Source of the DNA: Lama guanicoe
Lineage: Eukaryota
NCBI GenBank assembly: GCA_013239625.1
Contig: MU053652.1
Span: 7,897,027 to 7,961,026, forward strand
Direction: 5' to 3'
DNA: 64,000 nucleotides
A model generated the notes under the pieces. It did no database searches. It worked only from the letters and a program-made list of their open reading frames with translations, and was not told where the DNA came from. Below, one piece after another: positions 50,528-63,469 of the stretch (positions within the stretch are counted from its first letter, which is position 1; each line of letters begins with the position of its first letter). Made by a program: the position numbers and the translations under genes.

Positions 50528-51029
50528 TGCGTTAGTGTTGAATAGGAGTGAAAGAGTATGCTTTGTTTGAGCATCTGCAGATTATTTGGCTGCTGTCTCA
50601 ATCTATTCTGAGTTAATAGCAGGAGATGACAGTGAAAGTTGTTAATTGCCTCAGGTTAAGAAAAAGCTTGAATCCTTGACAAAGAGTTTGGATCTTATTC
50701 TTATCAAAAAGGAACCTATTAAAAAAAAAGAACCCATTACGTTTTTGAGGATGAATCTATCTATTAAAAAATAACCAGCAAGAAGAATTTACGGAGAATA
50801 AAATAGAGGCAGAGTGTCTTTTTAGGGTATTACAATACTTCAGGCCAAAGGAAGATAAATTGTATAGTTGTATATAGTAGCATATACATATAGAAAAAAA
50901 AGTCCTTTCTCATTGATTTTTGTTAAAGATCTCAGAGGTATGAGAGTACACATAGTACAAGTATTTACTTTAAAAAGTGTACTGTTGAGGGTTTTGTTTT
51001 TTTTTTTCGGGGTTGGGGGTGGTGTGTGC

Positions 51030-51310
51030 AAATAACAGAAATTAGTTCTGGCTGGCTTAAGGAAAAAGGAAGTTATTGGCTACCAGAGGATCCCCTGGAA
51101 TCCAAAATAGAATTGAACAGTAAAGATTCAGGAACAGCAGGAGGCTAGGAAATTCTGAGAATATCAGCAGGAGTCAGCGAAAGTCTCAACTCCAGTCATT
51201 TCCTCCCTGTACTCCTCAGGCCTGTGACTCAGTTAGAATTCTAAATTCCTGGAAGAGACTCTTAATTGACTGAGCTTTAGCACAGGTCTTGTCTCTGGGG
51301 AGAGGCAGCA
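51030..51310 (-). mobile_element. Old MLT1 LTR fragment
   Basis: TGCAAATAACAGAAA...TGGCTTAAGGAAAAAGGAAGTTATTGGCT. Confidence 0.55.
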
Positions 51311-51729
51311 GGTCTCTAACACTTGGCGGTCTTGGGGGTGGGGGACAGGTAGTGCTACAAGATAAGTTTATCATATATATAAAAGCTAGTGAAAATCCTA
51401 GTAAGATCTAGTACAGGGTTATTTATTTGGTCTCTCACTGACCTAAACTTTCTTTAGGTGCCATTATTAAAAATATTTACTCCCTGCTATTCTGGCATAC
51501 TTTTTTAGTTTCAGTTTCATTCCTAGATATGCAGATAGTAAAGGTGTAAGGGTGTCTTTCAAGTTTTTGGAAGCTTGGGGTTTTTTCTGGTTCTCTTTAT
51601 TTTCATTGACCAACTTGCAGAAAACGAAGGAAATACTGGTGCTCTAGTGACTAGTTTCTGTAAGCTGGTAGTAGAACTTTTAAAATGGTTTGGTTGGAAA
51701 TCTAGCTAAATCTGCTAATATGAATGTCC

Positions 51730-51990
51730 ATAATTAATATTTAATAAGTGCATACAATGCCAAGCAGTTTTCTGAGCACTTTGTATATTATTTAATTCTA
51801 ATAACCCTATGGTGAAGGAACTGTTCAGAGCACTTTACGTGTATCAATTAATTTAATCTTAATAACCTGTGAAGTTAGTAATATTACTTCCATTTTACAT
51901 ATCAGGAAATGGATAGGGAATGTAAGTAACCACCTAAATCACAAAGCTAGTAAGTAGTGTGCTCTGTCCCAGTCTGTGCTTGCAGTCCTC
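51730..51990 (-). mobile_element. MIR SINE with internal partial duplication
   Basis: GAGCACTTT...TTAAT...AATAACC occurs twice; CCATTTTACATATCAGGAAA...AGCTAGTAAGT. Confidence 0.65.
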
Positions 51991-52423
51991 ATACTTTTCT
52001 CCCCTGGAATAGCCCTTATTCTCTGCCCTCACCTTGTCTCCAGTCAGAATTCGGGGTTCATTTTTCAGCCTTCCCAGAGCACTTATTTCTGCTTTCACTT
52101 TGGTATTTGTAGCATACTTTTAGTTATTTTTAAATCTCCTTTACTAGTTTACTAACTCCTTGAAGACGGGGACCATCTCTTAATTATCTATTTTCAGCAA
52201 ATAATAAATATTTCTTAGAATGAATTTAACGCCCCATTCAAATTTAATCTCTAAGTTAGCCAGACACTCTGTGAATGAATATGATTTACTTTGTTAATTC
52301 TTTTTATTATGACTATTCCCTTATCTAATGATCCCAACTCTTTCCTACCCTTGACCTCGTAAATTCCACATCTTGTGCTAAAAATGTATTTGTATAAAAT
52401 CTCTTCCCTGGGGCTTTTCTGAG

Positions 52424-52605
52424 CAGTACTGTCCAATAGAACCTTTTATAATGATGGACATACTCTGCATCTGTGCTGTCTAGTAAGCAGTAACCTGTGG
52501 CTGTTGAGCATTTGAAATGTGACTAATATGACCAAGGAACTGAATTTTCTGTTTTAAATTTAAATAGCTAAGAGTGGTTAGTGACTGCCTTATCAGACAG
52601 TGCAG
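52424..52605. mobile_element. MER3 (hAT-Charlie)
   Basis: CTGTCCAATAGAAC...TGTGGCTGTTGAGCATTTGAAATGTG...GGAACTGAATTTT...GACAGTGCAG. Confidence 0.85.
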
Positions 52606-53929
52606 CCCCAGAGAGCACAAGAAAGAGGAGCCCAGAAGCGAACGGTGCCCTCCCACCTCCCAGTCTAGCCACCTGGTTGAGCACCTGACCTGGGGAGGAC
52701 AGTAACATCGTAAAAGTTCTGTTTGACTCAAGTGAATTAGTCTCCAAATGTTTACACATTGAAAAAATATGGAACATTCGAATGATTAAATGTGGTATGG
52801 GATACAAGAGTTACCTTTCCATATAGAGAAAATCATTAGCTTGTTTTGCCTTTAGAGCACATAATGCAATCTTACAGAGTACTATTATGTTGTATAAAAT
52901 CCTCACATCCTTCCCCACTTCCCTCACCGCCACCCACAAGTTCTTCATCTGTTAAATGGTAGTTTGTTTTTTGTTTTTTTTGAAGAAAAACTAACATGAT
53001 CTGTCTTTTAATACAGTCAGTTTCCTACTCCTTTGTGGGAGTTGCAATCTAACATCTAGTTTTGCGTGTTCATTCAATTTCAATAATAACAACCAGAGAG
53101 AAATATTGGTTCATGCATTTTTTGAATAAAAATTGCCTTTTGAAACTAGCAGCATTGAGCTTTTTGAGGAAGCATATAAAACCTAGTTCATTGAGTAAGT
53201 TTGTATTTCAAATTACTAGATCATTATTAATGTCTTACACTATAATTTTAAGTCTCTGAATCTTAAAAACAACTTTAGAAAAGTCCGCCCCCCCCATTTT
53301 TGGCTTGTCTAATTCTTATGCATAATGTATGGGAGAGTCTGAAATGTACTTAAGTTCCTTAGTTAGGTTGTATGTTGAATTTAAACTGTTAGTTACTCTA
53401 AGATTACCCTTCTCTTTGCATGTCCTTCCCCCAGCTTAATTGTACATATGAAAGTCAAACTAAATGTGATATACATGTATAGATATATAATATGTACACA
53501 CATTCCTATGACTGTCTTTAAAAGCTTGGGTAATTATGAATTCCTACATGTAGAATAACAAATGTGGGAGACAGAACCAATTGAATTTTAAACTTACTTA
53601 TCTTGATTAGTTGTGTTTAAGAATTGAAAAGACTCAAAGGGAAAGTCTATGAGAGAAATCATAGACTTTGACCTTCATTACAGACAGGCTATCTCCCTGT
53701 AGGAGCCAAAGTTTGCTTTTCTCTTCCTTTATAGCTTTAGACACTGTAGTATGTTATTTTTCAGCAATGTTCACTTTTAATTTTTAAGAAAGCTTTTAAA
53801 AGATACTAGAAACGCTTCCTGGTTTATAGTTTCTCGATCAGAAAGATGATCTTTTTGTTTTTCCCCAGACTTCTACCATGAAGTGACTTGAATAGGTCTT
53901 TTGGTTTTCTTTGGTGTCTGTATTTTTCG

Positions 53930-54320
53930 AATCAACATTTAAGTTTTTGAAAAGCTGAAGTATTTACATGGTTTAAAATCAAATGCATTTGGCCAGTCCT
54001 TCCTTTTCCTGACAAAACACATGCACACACACAAAACCCCTAAACAGCTGGCAACTGTTACTTGTTTTCTATGTCCCTTTCCAGACGGTTTTATGCATAT
54101 TTAGGCAAATGCAAATTATTTATTTCTGCTCCTGCTGTTGTGCACAAATGTTAACATACTATACCCTTCATTTTACATCTTGTTTTTTTCTCACGTAGCA
54201 GTGTATCTTGAAGTTCGTTCTTTATCATGACTAAAAGAGCCTCTTCTTTTTTTTTTTTAAGAAGCTGTATAGTATCCCATTGTAAAACTGAACTGTGACT
54301 TATTTAATGAATTGAGTGGG
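53930..54320 (-). mobile_element. Old L1ME 3' fragment
   Basis: CTGTATAGTATCCCATTGT, TTTTTTCTCACGTAGCA-like motifs. Confidence 0.5.
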
Positions 54321-56309
54321 TATTTTTCTTGATGATCTAGAAAATTCCAGTTGCCTGAGTAATTTTGGATGATTTTAAGGTTCTGAAGAGTTGAGTTAAT
54401 AAATGTAAAATTTGGATTACTTTAATGGTTTTGATGGAAATCTTTCTAAAATATGTCACTCTTTTACCCTGGTTTAAATAGGCTAAACTGAAATTATTTT
54501 AACTCATATGATAAGGTAGGTCATCTATAGAAACATTTTGGATACCATATTTTTACTGTGCTATATTTTCCTACTCCAAAGTCTGCTGTTACTACAGGAT
54601 GCAAATTATCTTATCATCTTATGAATCTATTCATCTTGACCATGGTAAGAGTTTTTAGGGTTATTGCTGGTCAGGTTACAGGTCTTCTTTTACACTGTAT
54701 GCTATATTATCTTTGATTATGGAATAGTTCTCATCTCTCCTGATTACTAGAAAGTTTATTACTGTTCTAAATAAGCAAGATTGTTTGCGTAATGCTTGCC
54801 TATATATTCTGAGTACATGGGCTAGACTGCAGAGGATTTATGGCAGCTCTGCTGTCAAGGAGACAGCCTACTAGGCTTCCTTCCAGGAGAGCTGTTCTTA
54901 GTATCTATGTGTGCTAATGGGAAAACCCCTATACTAGCTACATCAGAGATCATAATTTCTCCTATTCTAGGTTTTTTCTTTTTTCCAAATGAACTTTAAG
55001 TTTCTCAGCATGTTTACTCTATTTACCAATTTTTTGATTCTATAGTTCATCTTATTCTTTAGTATTTTCCTGTCCACTAAAAAGAGTTTAACCCAACCAT
55101 TTGTGTAGTTTGAAAGGACCTAACTACCTAATCAGTCATTTGACTTTTTTGAAGAGAATCTTCTTTATAAGACTTAGTAAAAATGGGAGCTGCTTCTTCC
55201 CTCTAATTTTTGATGACTAAAGCTGATCAAAGTATCTTGTTAGGCAGGCTTACGTTGATTATTTTCATAAATAGTAGGCTATAATAGTAGGTTAAGTGTT
55301 AACACTTAAGGGATCCCATAGGTGACCTCTGAACTGAGGTTTGAAAGGTGAGCAGAGTTAGCCAGATAAAAGGACGGTGAGATACAGGGTGTTTCACCTT
55401 TGGGAGCATGGAGTTGAAGTGGAAGGTCAGGATATGAGAAAGGATAATGAGTTAGACAAAGACAGTCCCATTTATCTCCAACATACAGCATGATAGATAA
55501 GAATGAGGATGCACATGCATTTCTTTTTGTGATTAAGAACATTATTTCCCTGATTATTTTGCCAACATTCTGCATTGATGTGACTGCATGTAAATATCAT
55601 CTACTTCGTTTTACCAGTCTGATAAAGACAACACGGCTGATAAGGAAGCCATAAATCAGCTCGGATGAGGAATGATCAAAATAAATTTTAGCTGAAAAGG
55701 AGATGACCTGAGAAATAGAATTGTTGGGGACACATCTCTATGGAAGTGAAAAATATTGTTCCATTACACAGAAAAAAGTATGCTGTAATTACTGGGGATA
55801 GTATACATCTCCAGTTTTATGTTGTTTTAGCTATAATATTGTACCTAGTACCATACCTATCACATAACAAATGCTCAACAGATATTTAAATGAATAATTG
55901 AAAATTAAAATTCCTGTGAGTGGCAACTACCAGGAAAACAGGTTTAGGTTCAGTATTAAGAATTTTGTAACTGAGCTGCTCAATGATAAGAATTTTTTCC
56001 CTCAAGTTGTGAGCTCCCTTATAGCAGGCATTCAAGCAAATACTATGTAATCATCTATTAAGAATGTTATAGGAAGGATTGACCATAAAAGAACTCCTAT
56101 CCTCCTAAGTCCCTCAAACACATACCCATTGGCCTTTCCAACCTGCTTTATTCAGTGGGTTTTTTTGAAGTTGCTCAGCCACAGTTTCTTAATGGGTAAG
56201 GTCATTGTATGTTAAAAACCTGGTTTGGCAAAAGGAACACGTTGGCTTAGATAGTTCATTTTCTTTAGATATAGAATTGTGTTTCTCTAATGAATCATTT
56301 TCTCACCCC

Positions 56310-57364
56310 AGGTTAGGCTGATCTAGGTTTTGTGGCCTGAGGCTTATACAGTTTGGAGAGGCTCTCTTTAAGAAAAAGAATCCAAAAATTAGATATAAAA
56401 ATGGTTATTTAGCATGAGAAAAGATCACAACAAATAGAAAAATACCATACACTTTTAAAAAATCCAGAAAAATAGCTTCTTACTTGCTATTATAACTTAT
56501 TTCTGCTATAACTGACTGATACACTTCCTTGATACTTTTTATCTACCTTTTCCTGGCCACATATTTATCAGTCTCCTCTTTATATGACAACAATTTTATA
56601 TTTTCTATAGAGAGAATCTTTCCTCTTGCTCAAGATGGGGCAAATTATAACATCTATACCAAATCCAGCCTGCTTGAATTTATAAATAGTTTTATTAGAA
56701 CACAGGCATCTCCAAATTACCTGTGGCTGCATTTGCACACTACAGTATCCGAGTTGAAGGAGACCTAATGGCCCACAAAGCCTAAGATATTACCTATCTG
56801 GGACTTTGTGGAAAAAGACTCCTGCTCAGTACTTTTGATCAAATTTTATTGTTTTTTATTATTGATAGTTTTAAAGCTGAAAGAAATTTTCTGAAACTGG
56901 TTACTGGTATTGGCACATCTGTAATTTCCTTCACTTTGCTTAGAGGATGCTTCTTTCCTTGGGAAAACTTCATCTCTTTGATCTCATTTGGCTGGACGAC
57001 TGCCCCCTCCGCCAGAAATGTCCATGAAGTTTGCTCATAGTATCCCTCCCCGAGCAGGGAGCTGGACAGTACTCATTCAGATTCTTTTCCTTGGGGTTAA
57101 AGATTGGATCTGGATGGATCATATAATCCAAGAGGGACAGGTTATTTCTAAGGCTGGGCAAATGTTGAGATAAGACGTCCTTGATGGCAATACCAAGATA
57201 ATCATGTTCAGGAATCACTAGAGAGGATCCTCCTGGAATGAGGGTGGAGTTGCTGTCACTTCATGTGTTGTCAAAGGAGAATAAACCAAGCCTTGCAAGG
57301 GGCTCTTCCAAGTAAAGTTCTCTGAAACTTAAACTTAATTGATTTCTTGGTAAATCTACCTACG
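56310..57364. mobile_element. Zaphod/MER115-like hAT-Tip100 element
   Basis: Left end GGTTTTGTGGCCTGAGGCTTATACA...CTCTTTAAGAAAAAGAAT; right end CTGAAACTTAAACTT...GGTAAATCTACCT. Confidence 0.7.
56700..56826. mobile_element. MER58A fragment nested in the Tip100 element
   Basis: TGTGGCTGCATTTGCACACTACAG...TGGCCCACAAAGCCTAAGATATT...TATCTGG. Confidence 0.7.
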
Positions 57365-58704
57365 TCCTCAGGTTATAGAACACACAGTTGTTTGAAGTTT
57401 TTCTTTACATAAAGATCTTTTTCCCTCATGCACTAGCAGTCCTGTGTTTTCCACCACCCTAACCACCTCCAACCTCTCCTTCCCCCTCCCCCAATATAAA
57501 GTAAAAATCTTGAAGCAGGTGGGATCAGTAGAGGAATAAAATCATATTAAGAGTATATGTTTCTTGGAGAATCATTTAGATAAGATAGGGTGAAAATATG
57601 ACAATATAGGAACTGGATGAATCAATGAGTATAGTATATGGTGAATAGAAAATGAGCAGCTATTTGGAAAATTTATCCAGAGCTGACCAGTATATGGCCT
57701 TTCGCAAGTAAAGTGAACTCATCCATAAAATGAGTGGATTAGATTATATGCTTGGTAAATTTATGATATGGTATTACATGGTATTTGGCTTTAGGATTCA
57801 GGAATACCCAAATCCTATTAAGTGACCAAAGTACCTACCTTTCTACCCTCTCATCCCAAATTGTTATTTTCCCAGGAAAGTGGTAGCAGAAACACACACG
57901 CTCTCTTTCTCTCTCTCTCTACTTCTCTATCTCTCTGTATAAATTTGTTTGTCATCAGAGCTTGGGTCTCAGCTGATAATGTTAAACTTTGGTGAGCTGA
58001 GGTGAGAATCCTAAGGAACTCCTGAAAACCCAAATCTAAACTTTAGGTTTACCATAATCCAGTTGACCGTGCAAGAGAGAAGCAGACAAAGGGAAGAGGC
58101 AACAGAAAAGAGAAGAAAAACTTTTAAGCAGGTCCATGTAAGCTACAGGGCAGGGAGGAGCAGAAGAGAGCAAGCCATACCTGTTTGCTGACACTTTTTA
58201 AGTGTCCTCACCTGTTTGCGAACATGACCCAGTATGTAATGAGATTCATATCCCTCTCAGAGCCTTTGTATGTAATTGTCCTTGAAGTAGAAAATTCACA
58301 GTACAGAGTGCCTTGCCATTTGTAGTTTTAGCATCTATAATTTTGATTGTTCGCAGGTAATGCTAAAGATCTGTGCCATATAATTTACATTTTTCTAGGT
58401 GTATGAAATTTAAATCACAGGCACTATATGAAATGATTGATGTGTTGGGTGTGAGTGGTTTAGTGAGTGAACCTAGTCTATTGCACAGCGTATTTCTTTT
58501 AGTAAGGCTTTTGTTTAGAAAGTTATTTTTAAGTGGTTTCAAAAAAGAAAGTGTACTGGTAAGGAGAGTGAGCTCTAAAATTCTTATGATTTGTAGATTA
58601 AATTTTTGGATAACTATACAGGTCCAGTATAAATGGAATAGAAGAAGGAGCTAGAATTATCTATTACAGGTTGTTATGGTTTTTAATACCTTAAAACAAT
58701 TCCC

Positions 58705-59128
58705 TGCATCTGTTAGCTATTGCTGCAAACCAACCACCTAAAATGTTTGTGACTTGGAAGCAATATCAGTTTATTTTTCACAGTTCTGTGGATTGGCTGG
58801 GCAGTTAGTCTGCTCTTGTCACCTTGGCTCACTCATGCAGTGGCATTCTGCTGGCAAGTCTGGTAGGAGCTGGGCTCAGCGAGGGCAGGGAAGATGACTG
58901 CAGCCATGTTCTCTGTGTGGTTTTTCACCCCAGGTGTTAGGGCAGCAGTTCCAAGAGGATAAGCCATAACGTGCATGTGCTTTTCAAGCTCTGCTTTGCC
59001 TGAAGTCTTACTGGTTAAAGCAAGTCATACGGATAAACCCAGAGTCGTTAGGGGAGGAGGCTGTACAAGAACTTGGATCCTGAGAGGCATCCAAGGGCCA
59101 ATACAGAAATGATAAACTACTGTGCCAC
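58705..59128 (-). mobile_element. MLT1H-like MaLR LTR
   Basis: TTAGCTATTGCTGC...CACAGTTCTGTGGATTGGCTGGGC...GCTTTTCAAGC...AAAGCAAGTCA...AAACCCAGAGTC. Confidence 0.75.
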
Positions 59129-59229
59129 ACCTCCAGGCAACGTTTCCAAACTGTGTGGCTGTTTCTCTCTCTCAACCAGGGTTGAGCTGTTTGATGTTAC
59201 TTTAATATTGTCTGTAACCTCATTCCATA

Positions 59230-59585
59230 CCCCTCGTTTCTTTATTATCCTCCACCCTGCACAACTCCAGAAACTCCCCTAGCCCTTTCCCGTGGTATAG
59301 TCTTTGTTTCCTCCCAGCTCTGTGCTCACCTGCCTCATCCCTTTTCATCCTTCAAGTACAGTGTCATTTTAGGGAAGCCTTCCATGCTAGGTATATTTTA
59401 CATTTTCCTTGCATACTGGATTTTCCCCTTATAGCTTATGTAATAGTTATTAATGTTTATCTGCCTGTTAGAACTCATGAGGTGTCTGTCTAATTTATTT
59501 TGCTTCCATTCCACTTTTATTCCCACCCCCGCTTATACAGTCCCGTGTTCATGGTAGGTACCCAGTATATATTTGGTGAACGACT
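59230..59585 (+). mobile_element. L2 3' fragment
   Basis: CATCCTTCAAG...AGGGAAGCCTTCC...ATGGTAGGTACCCAGTATATATTTGGTGAA. Confidence 0.6.
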
Positions 59586-60949
59586 ATACCCAGCACCAAT
59601 TTTCTTACACGGCTACTAAGACCTAAAAGACTACTTGTGCTCTGTCCCTTAGGCAGCAGCTGTTTTCATCTGGCTCCCTTTTTCTTCACTGTTGGGATTC
59701 TGTTGTTACTTACTACTTTTGTACTCCTCTCTTCCATTGCTCCAGCTTTGCTTTTTAAAAATTATTATTTTGTCTTTAACATAGTCTTTTTAAATCTCTA
59801 CCTTTTTCTGTTGATTTTTTTCCCTTTCTTTCTTTCTTCCTTTCTTTCTTTCATTATTTTTCATTGTGGAAATTACCAGGTGATAAAATCTCTTCTTTCC
59901 AAAGTGAATTATTTGTGTTTTCTTTTTTTGAATAAATTTTACTGGTACTGGTTTCTATTTTTCAAATGGGTGGTTTCTGTGTTAGGTTTTTACGTTGCCA
60001 TATAATTGCCATGTTATACTTTATTTAGAAAATTGCTCTTTGAGATTGCTGTATAATTAAGTAATTATAAGAATTCAGATTTTTTATAGTTAAATTTTTT
60101 TAATTGAGGAATAACCAAATTCTTTATCTTGCTTTACTTTTCAAATTCCTTTTATTCATATTCAAATTTCATATTCAGGATAATAGTGGGACATTTCATG
60201 TGAATATATCATCAGAGTATTTAGGAACATATTTAAATCTTAGCTTTTGTATAATAAAACTTAGGATGGATTTTCCTAAATTAGTTTTTAGGAACTTGGG
60301 GCCACACATACACATAAAAAAGCTGAAATTGTTTTGACTACTAATCCAGGCCATTATGATTATAGAAAAGACTTTATTCAGTCATATGGTTTCTTTTTCC
60401 ACACTCACTTTATTTTTAATATTCATTGAAAATATATCTTTGAGACTTATTTTCTTTAACACTATTGTATATTTATTGGATTATTAAAATAATCATCATT
60501 GTAGACAGTTATTCAGAATTAAGTCATAATACTTGTTGTAGGCAGTTGGCTGTCAAGCAAGGATCTATAAGTCCTGGTATTTTCCAGTCTTTTCTCTGTC
60601 ATTAGTTGATTCTATAATAAACATCTGTTTTCTTGACCTGAAATTCTTATCCTGACCTGTTACATAATGTGGTGGTTCTGATAATGTGAAAGGAATTTAA
60701 ACTATAGCTGTGGTGGATGCTTGTGATTTGAGTCTTATTCAGGATGAAACTCCTTGTAGTAAAGTGGAATTAGTATAGAGGGACTTGGAAGAAGTGGCGG
60801 CTTTCTTAGTTTTGGGTCAGTGTGGCAGTGGCTAACGTGTAGAGGTAGCAGTGTCTCTCAGAAGAAAGCCTCCTGCCCAAGACTGTCATGATTGTGGAAG
60901 CGGGTTAAGAGTCTTACATTTTTATGAATCACTTGTGCTTTTAAAAATT

Positions 60950-61215
60950 TCCAATTTAAAATAACTTCATACTTACAGAAAAGTTGAAAATTCAGTGTAA
61001 AGAATTCCTGTGTATCTTTCATCCATATTTGTCAAACATTTATAACATTTTACCATGGTTTCCTCTGTGTGTATATACATGTGCATTACTATTTTCTGAA
61101 TCACTTGAGAATAAGTTGCTGATATGATGCCCCATATACTTCAGGGTATGTATCCTTAAATTAAAGGTCATTCTCTTATTCATTATCGTAGTATCATTTT
61201 CAGAATCAGAATATG
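60950..61215 (-). mobile_element. L1MB/MC 3' end fragment
   Basis: AATAACTTCATACTTACAGAAAAGTTG...TTTTCTGAATCACTTGAGAATAAGTTGC. Confidence 0.7.
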
Positions 61216-63469
61216 TAATTTTTAATTTAACACATGTTTGCTTACTTGGGGCAAAGTATAGGTGAAGTGGAAGTATAGGCTTGCAAAACTATTTTAGGTG
61301 CATAAGGGGGTTACAATCTACTTAATAGTAAATACGGAAAATTACTCTATTCTAGAATAAGATCTGTGATGTAACAAGATACACACAAAAAATACTCTAG
61401 AAACACAAAGAAAAAGCAGTCATTTCAGCCTGGAGAATCAGGGAAATACTTCTTGACTAGTGCAGAGTCAGCAGTGCCCTGCTGAGGGACAGTGGGAGGA
61501 ATTCATACCCCAGACTTTATCCTCCATCTTATTTCTGCCCTTGACAGTGAAAGGTCTGATGATGGATGTGCTATTGCAGTAACCCTACTGAAGTATCAGG
61601 AATGCATGAGATAGGACAGGTTCTATTTCTACGAAAGTTAATATAGTTGATGTAGTACTTTTTTCCCCCTTTTGGTTAACAGATTTTAACCCTAACATTT
61701 TGGGGCTAATAAGAAATAGATTCCCTTTTCTAAGCACTTGTCCTTAGGTTGTTTTTCAATAATACCATCTTGATTATGAAAGAAAGTAATGGAGTTGATT
61801 GCTGTAATTACTTTAAAGGAATGGAAAGAATGTTTTTAAAAACTTAATTAAGCCACTGTCAGTCCAGAGTTTTAGGGATAGTCACTGTTTTTTTTTTATT
61901 TCTGGCATTTGTGTATTAAATGTTATGTTATTCTTACATTCACTATAATTACTCAGTTTTATAAGGTGCTACGGTATATAATTTTCAGACTTTGCCGGTT
62001 TAAGAAAAGAAGGAATGAAGGAGGCACACTTAGATTGACAGTGACACTGTAGCAAAATTTTGAAAATCCCATTACTGAAAGTTGCTGATAAGTTGGGTTC
62101 TTTATTATTAAAATTTCATAAATTGTTTTAGAATAAGGTTTATAATAGCCAACTATGCGTGGAAAATTATAAAATTATTTAATGGGTCTTTATTTCTTAA
62201 AAGCAGATGTTTTAAGAATTTGTTTTAAATTTATTTAAATGTTTAAATGGGATTTGGTGGGGAATTTATTGTTGTTTTAAGTTCACATATACATCCAGAC
62301 AGTGTTTTACAATGTTAATATTTGGTCCTTTGGCAAGGGGATTTCCGTAATGGAATTTCAGGCTCTATTTAATAACACATTTTTTTCTTTTGCAAGCTGC
62401 AACTTCTTGTTTTCTGGTTAAAAAGTAAAGTAAGAAGGTTTTTAGAGCTTGGTATCTCATTTTCCTAATTGTTTTTATTTTTAAAAGTGAATGAATGCAT
62501 TTTGACAGCACCATACTAACAGGGCTGTAATTCATATGAATTTTCGTCAGAAAACAGATTTTCTCATCTGATTTTTTAATTCTCCTGCTTGATCTTTAAC
62601 ATCTTAAGCTAATATATGAAAAGCCCATTTTTCTGAAGTTTTCAGTGCTAGAGGCCCGGGGTCGGGGAGCCTGTGGCGCTCTCATGCTGAGGGTGTGCAC
62701 TTGCAGAACATAGGTATGTTCTGAGCAGGCCGACGGCATACTCACATTCTCCAGGCTACTTTTTAAAACCAAAGTCCTTGTTTCTAAGCCATCTTCATAA
62801 TTTTTAAAATGGCTCTTGTGTAGCTTCTGTTGCTTTATGTCCTGTTCATGACTGTCTCTGAAATTCAAAGAAGAGTTTGGTCAGCAAACATTAAAAATGT
62901 GGAACACTGTTCTCTTGGAAAGCCTTTCTGAAGTTTTGATTCCCAGCAGTTGATCTTACATTTCTGCCTTTATTATTATTAGAAAAGACTTGCATGTGTA
63001 ATAAGTCTTTGGAATTCTCTTATTAAAGGAGGACATTCTTCAGGCATAGATAAGTAATCCAAAACGGTGGCATCTCCAAATCTTAATGTACTCTGTTTTT
63101 TATTACAACGCCCAGTATTCATTGAACTGATGTACCAAATTACTTAATCATCTACTTCTGGTTATTTAAATTCCTTCTATTAAAAAAAACATAATTAATA
63201 TATATTCACATAAATGGTTTGTTTTATATTTATATTAAAATATAATTTTTGTTATATTTCAAGTTATTTCCTCAATTTCTAGTTTAGGAGGGAGATTTCT
63301 GGATCAGAAAACATGATTATTGTTTTCAGAGGATGTGTAAGTGCTGTGCCAGTAAATGGGTGTATTACTCTTACAGAAACTGAGATTGACTAGTTACATT
63401 CTAGATTATAATATAAAGGAAACTGAATTTAGAATTAAATGAAGGTTTCCATTGTTTCATGATACAGTC

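Larger units (their letters stand above)
48370..50560 (-). mobile_element. L1MC-type element (3' UTR plus ORF2 3' part)
   Basis: ORF 49397-49849 (-) gives IFDKEAKTIQWRKD...IKIKNFCSAKDT (L1 ORF2-like); L1MC1-like 3' UTR CAGTTTCCCCTATTATGAACATC. Confidence 0.85.

Noticed and set aside
59637..60005. 122-aa hydrophobic ORF resembling a membrane protein
   Set aside because: Phe/Leu richness simply reflects T-rich intronic low-complexity sequence.
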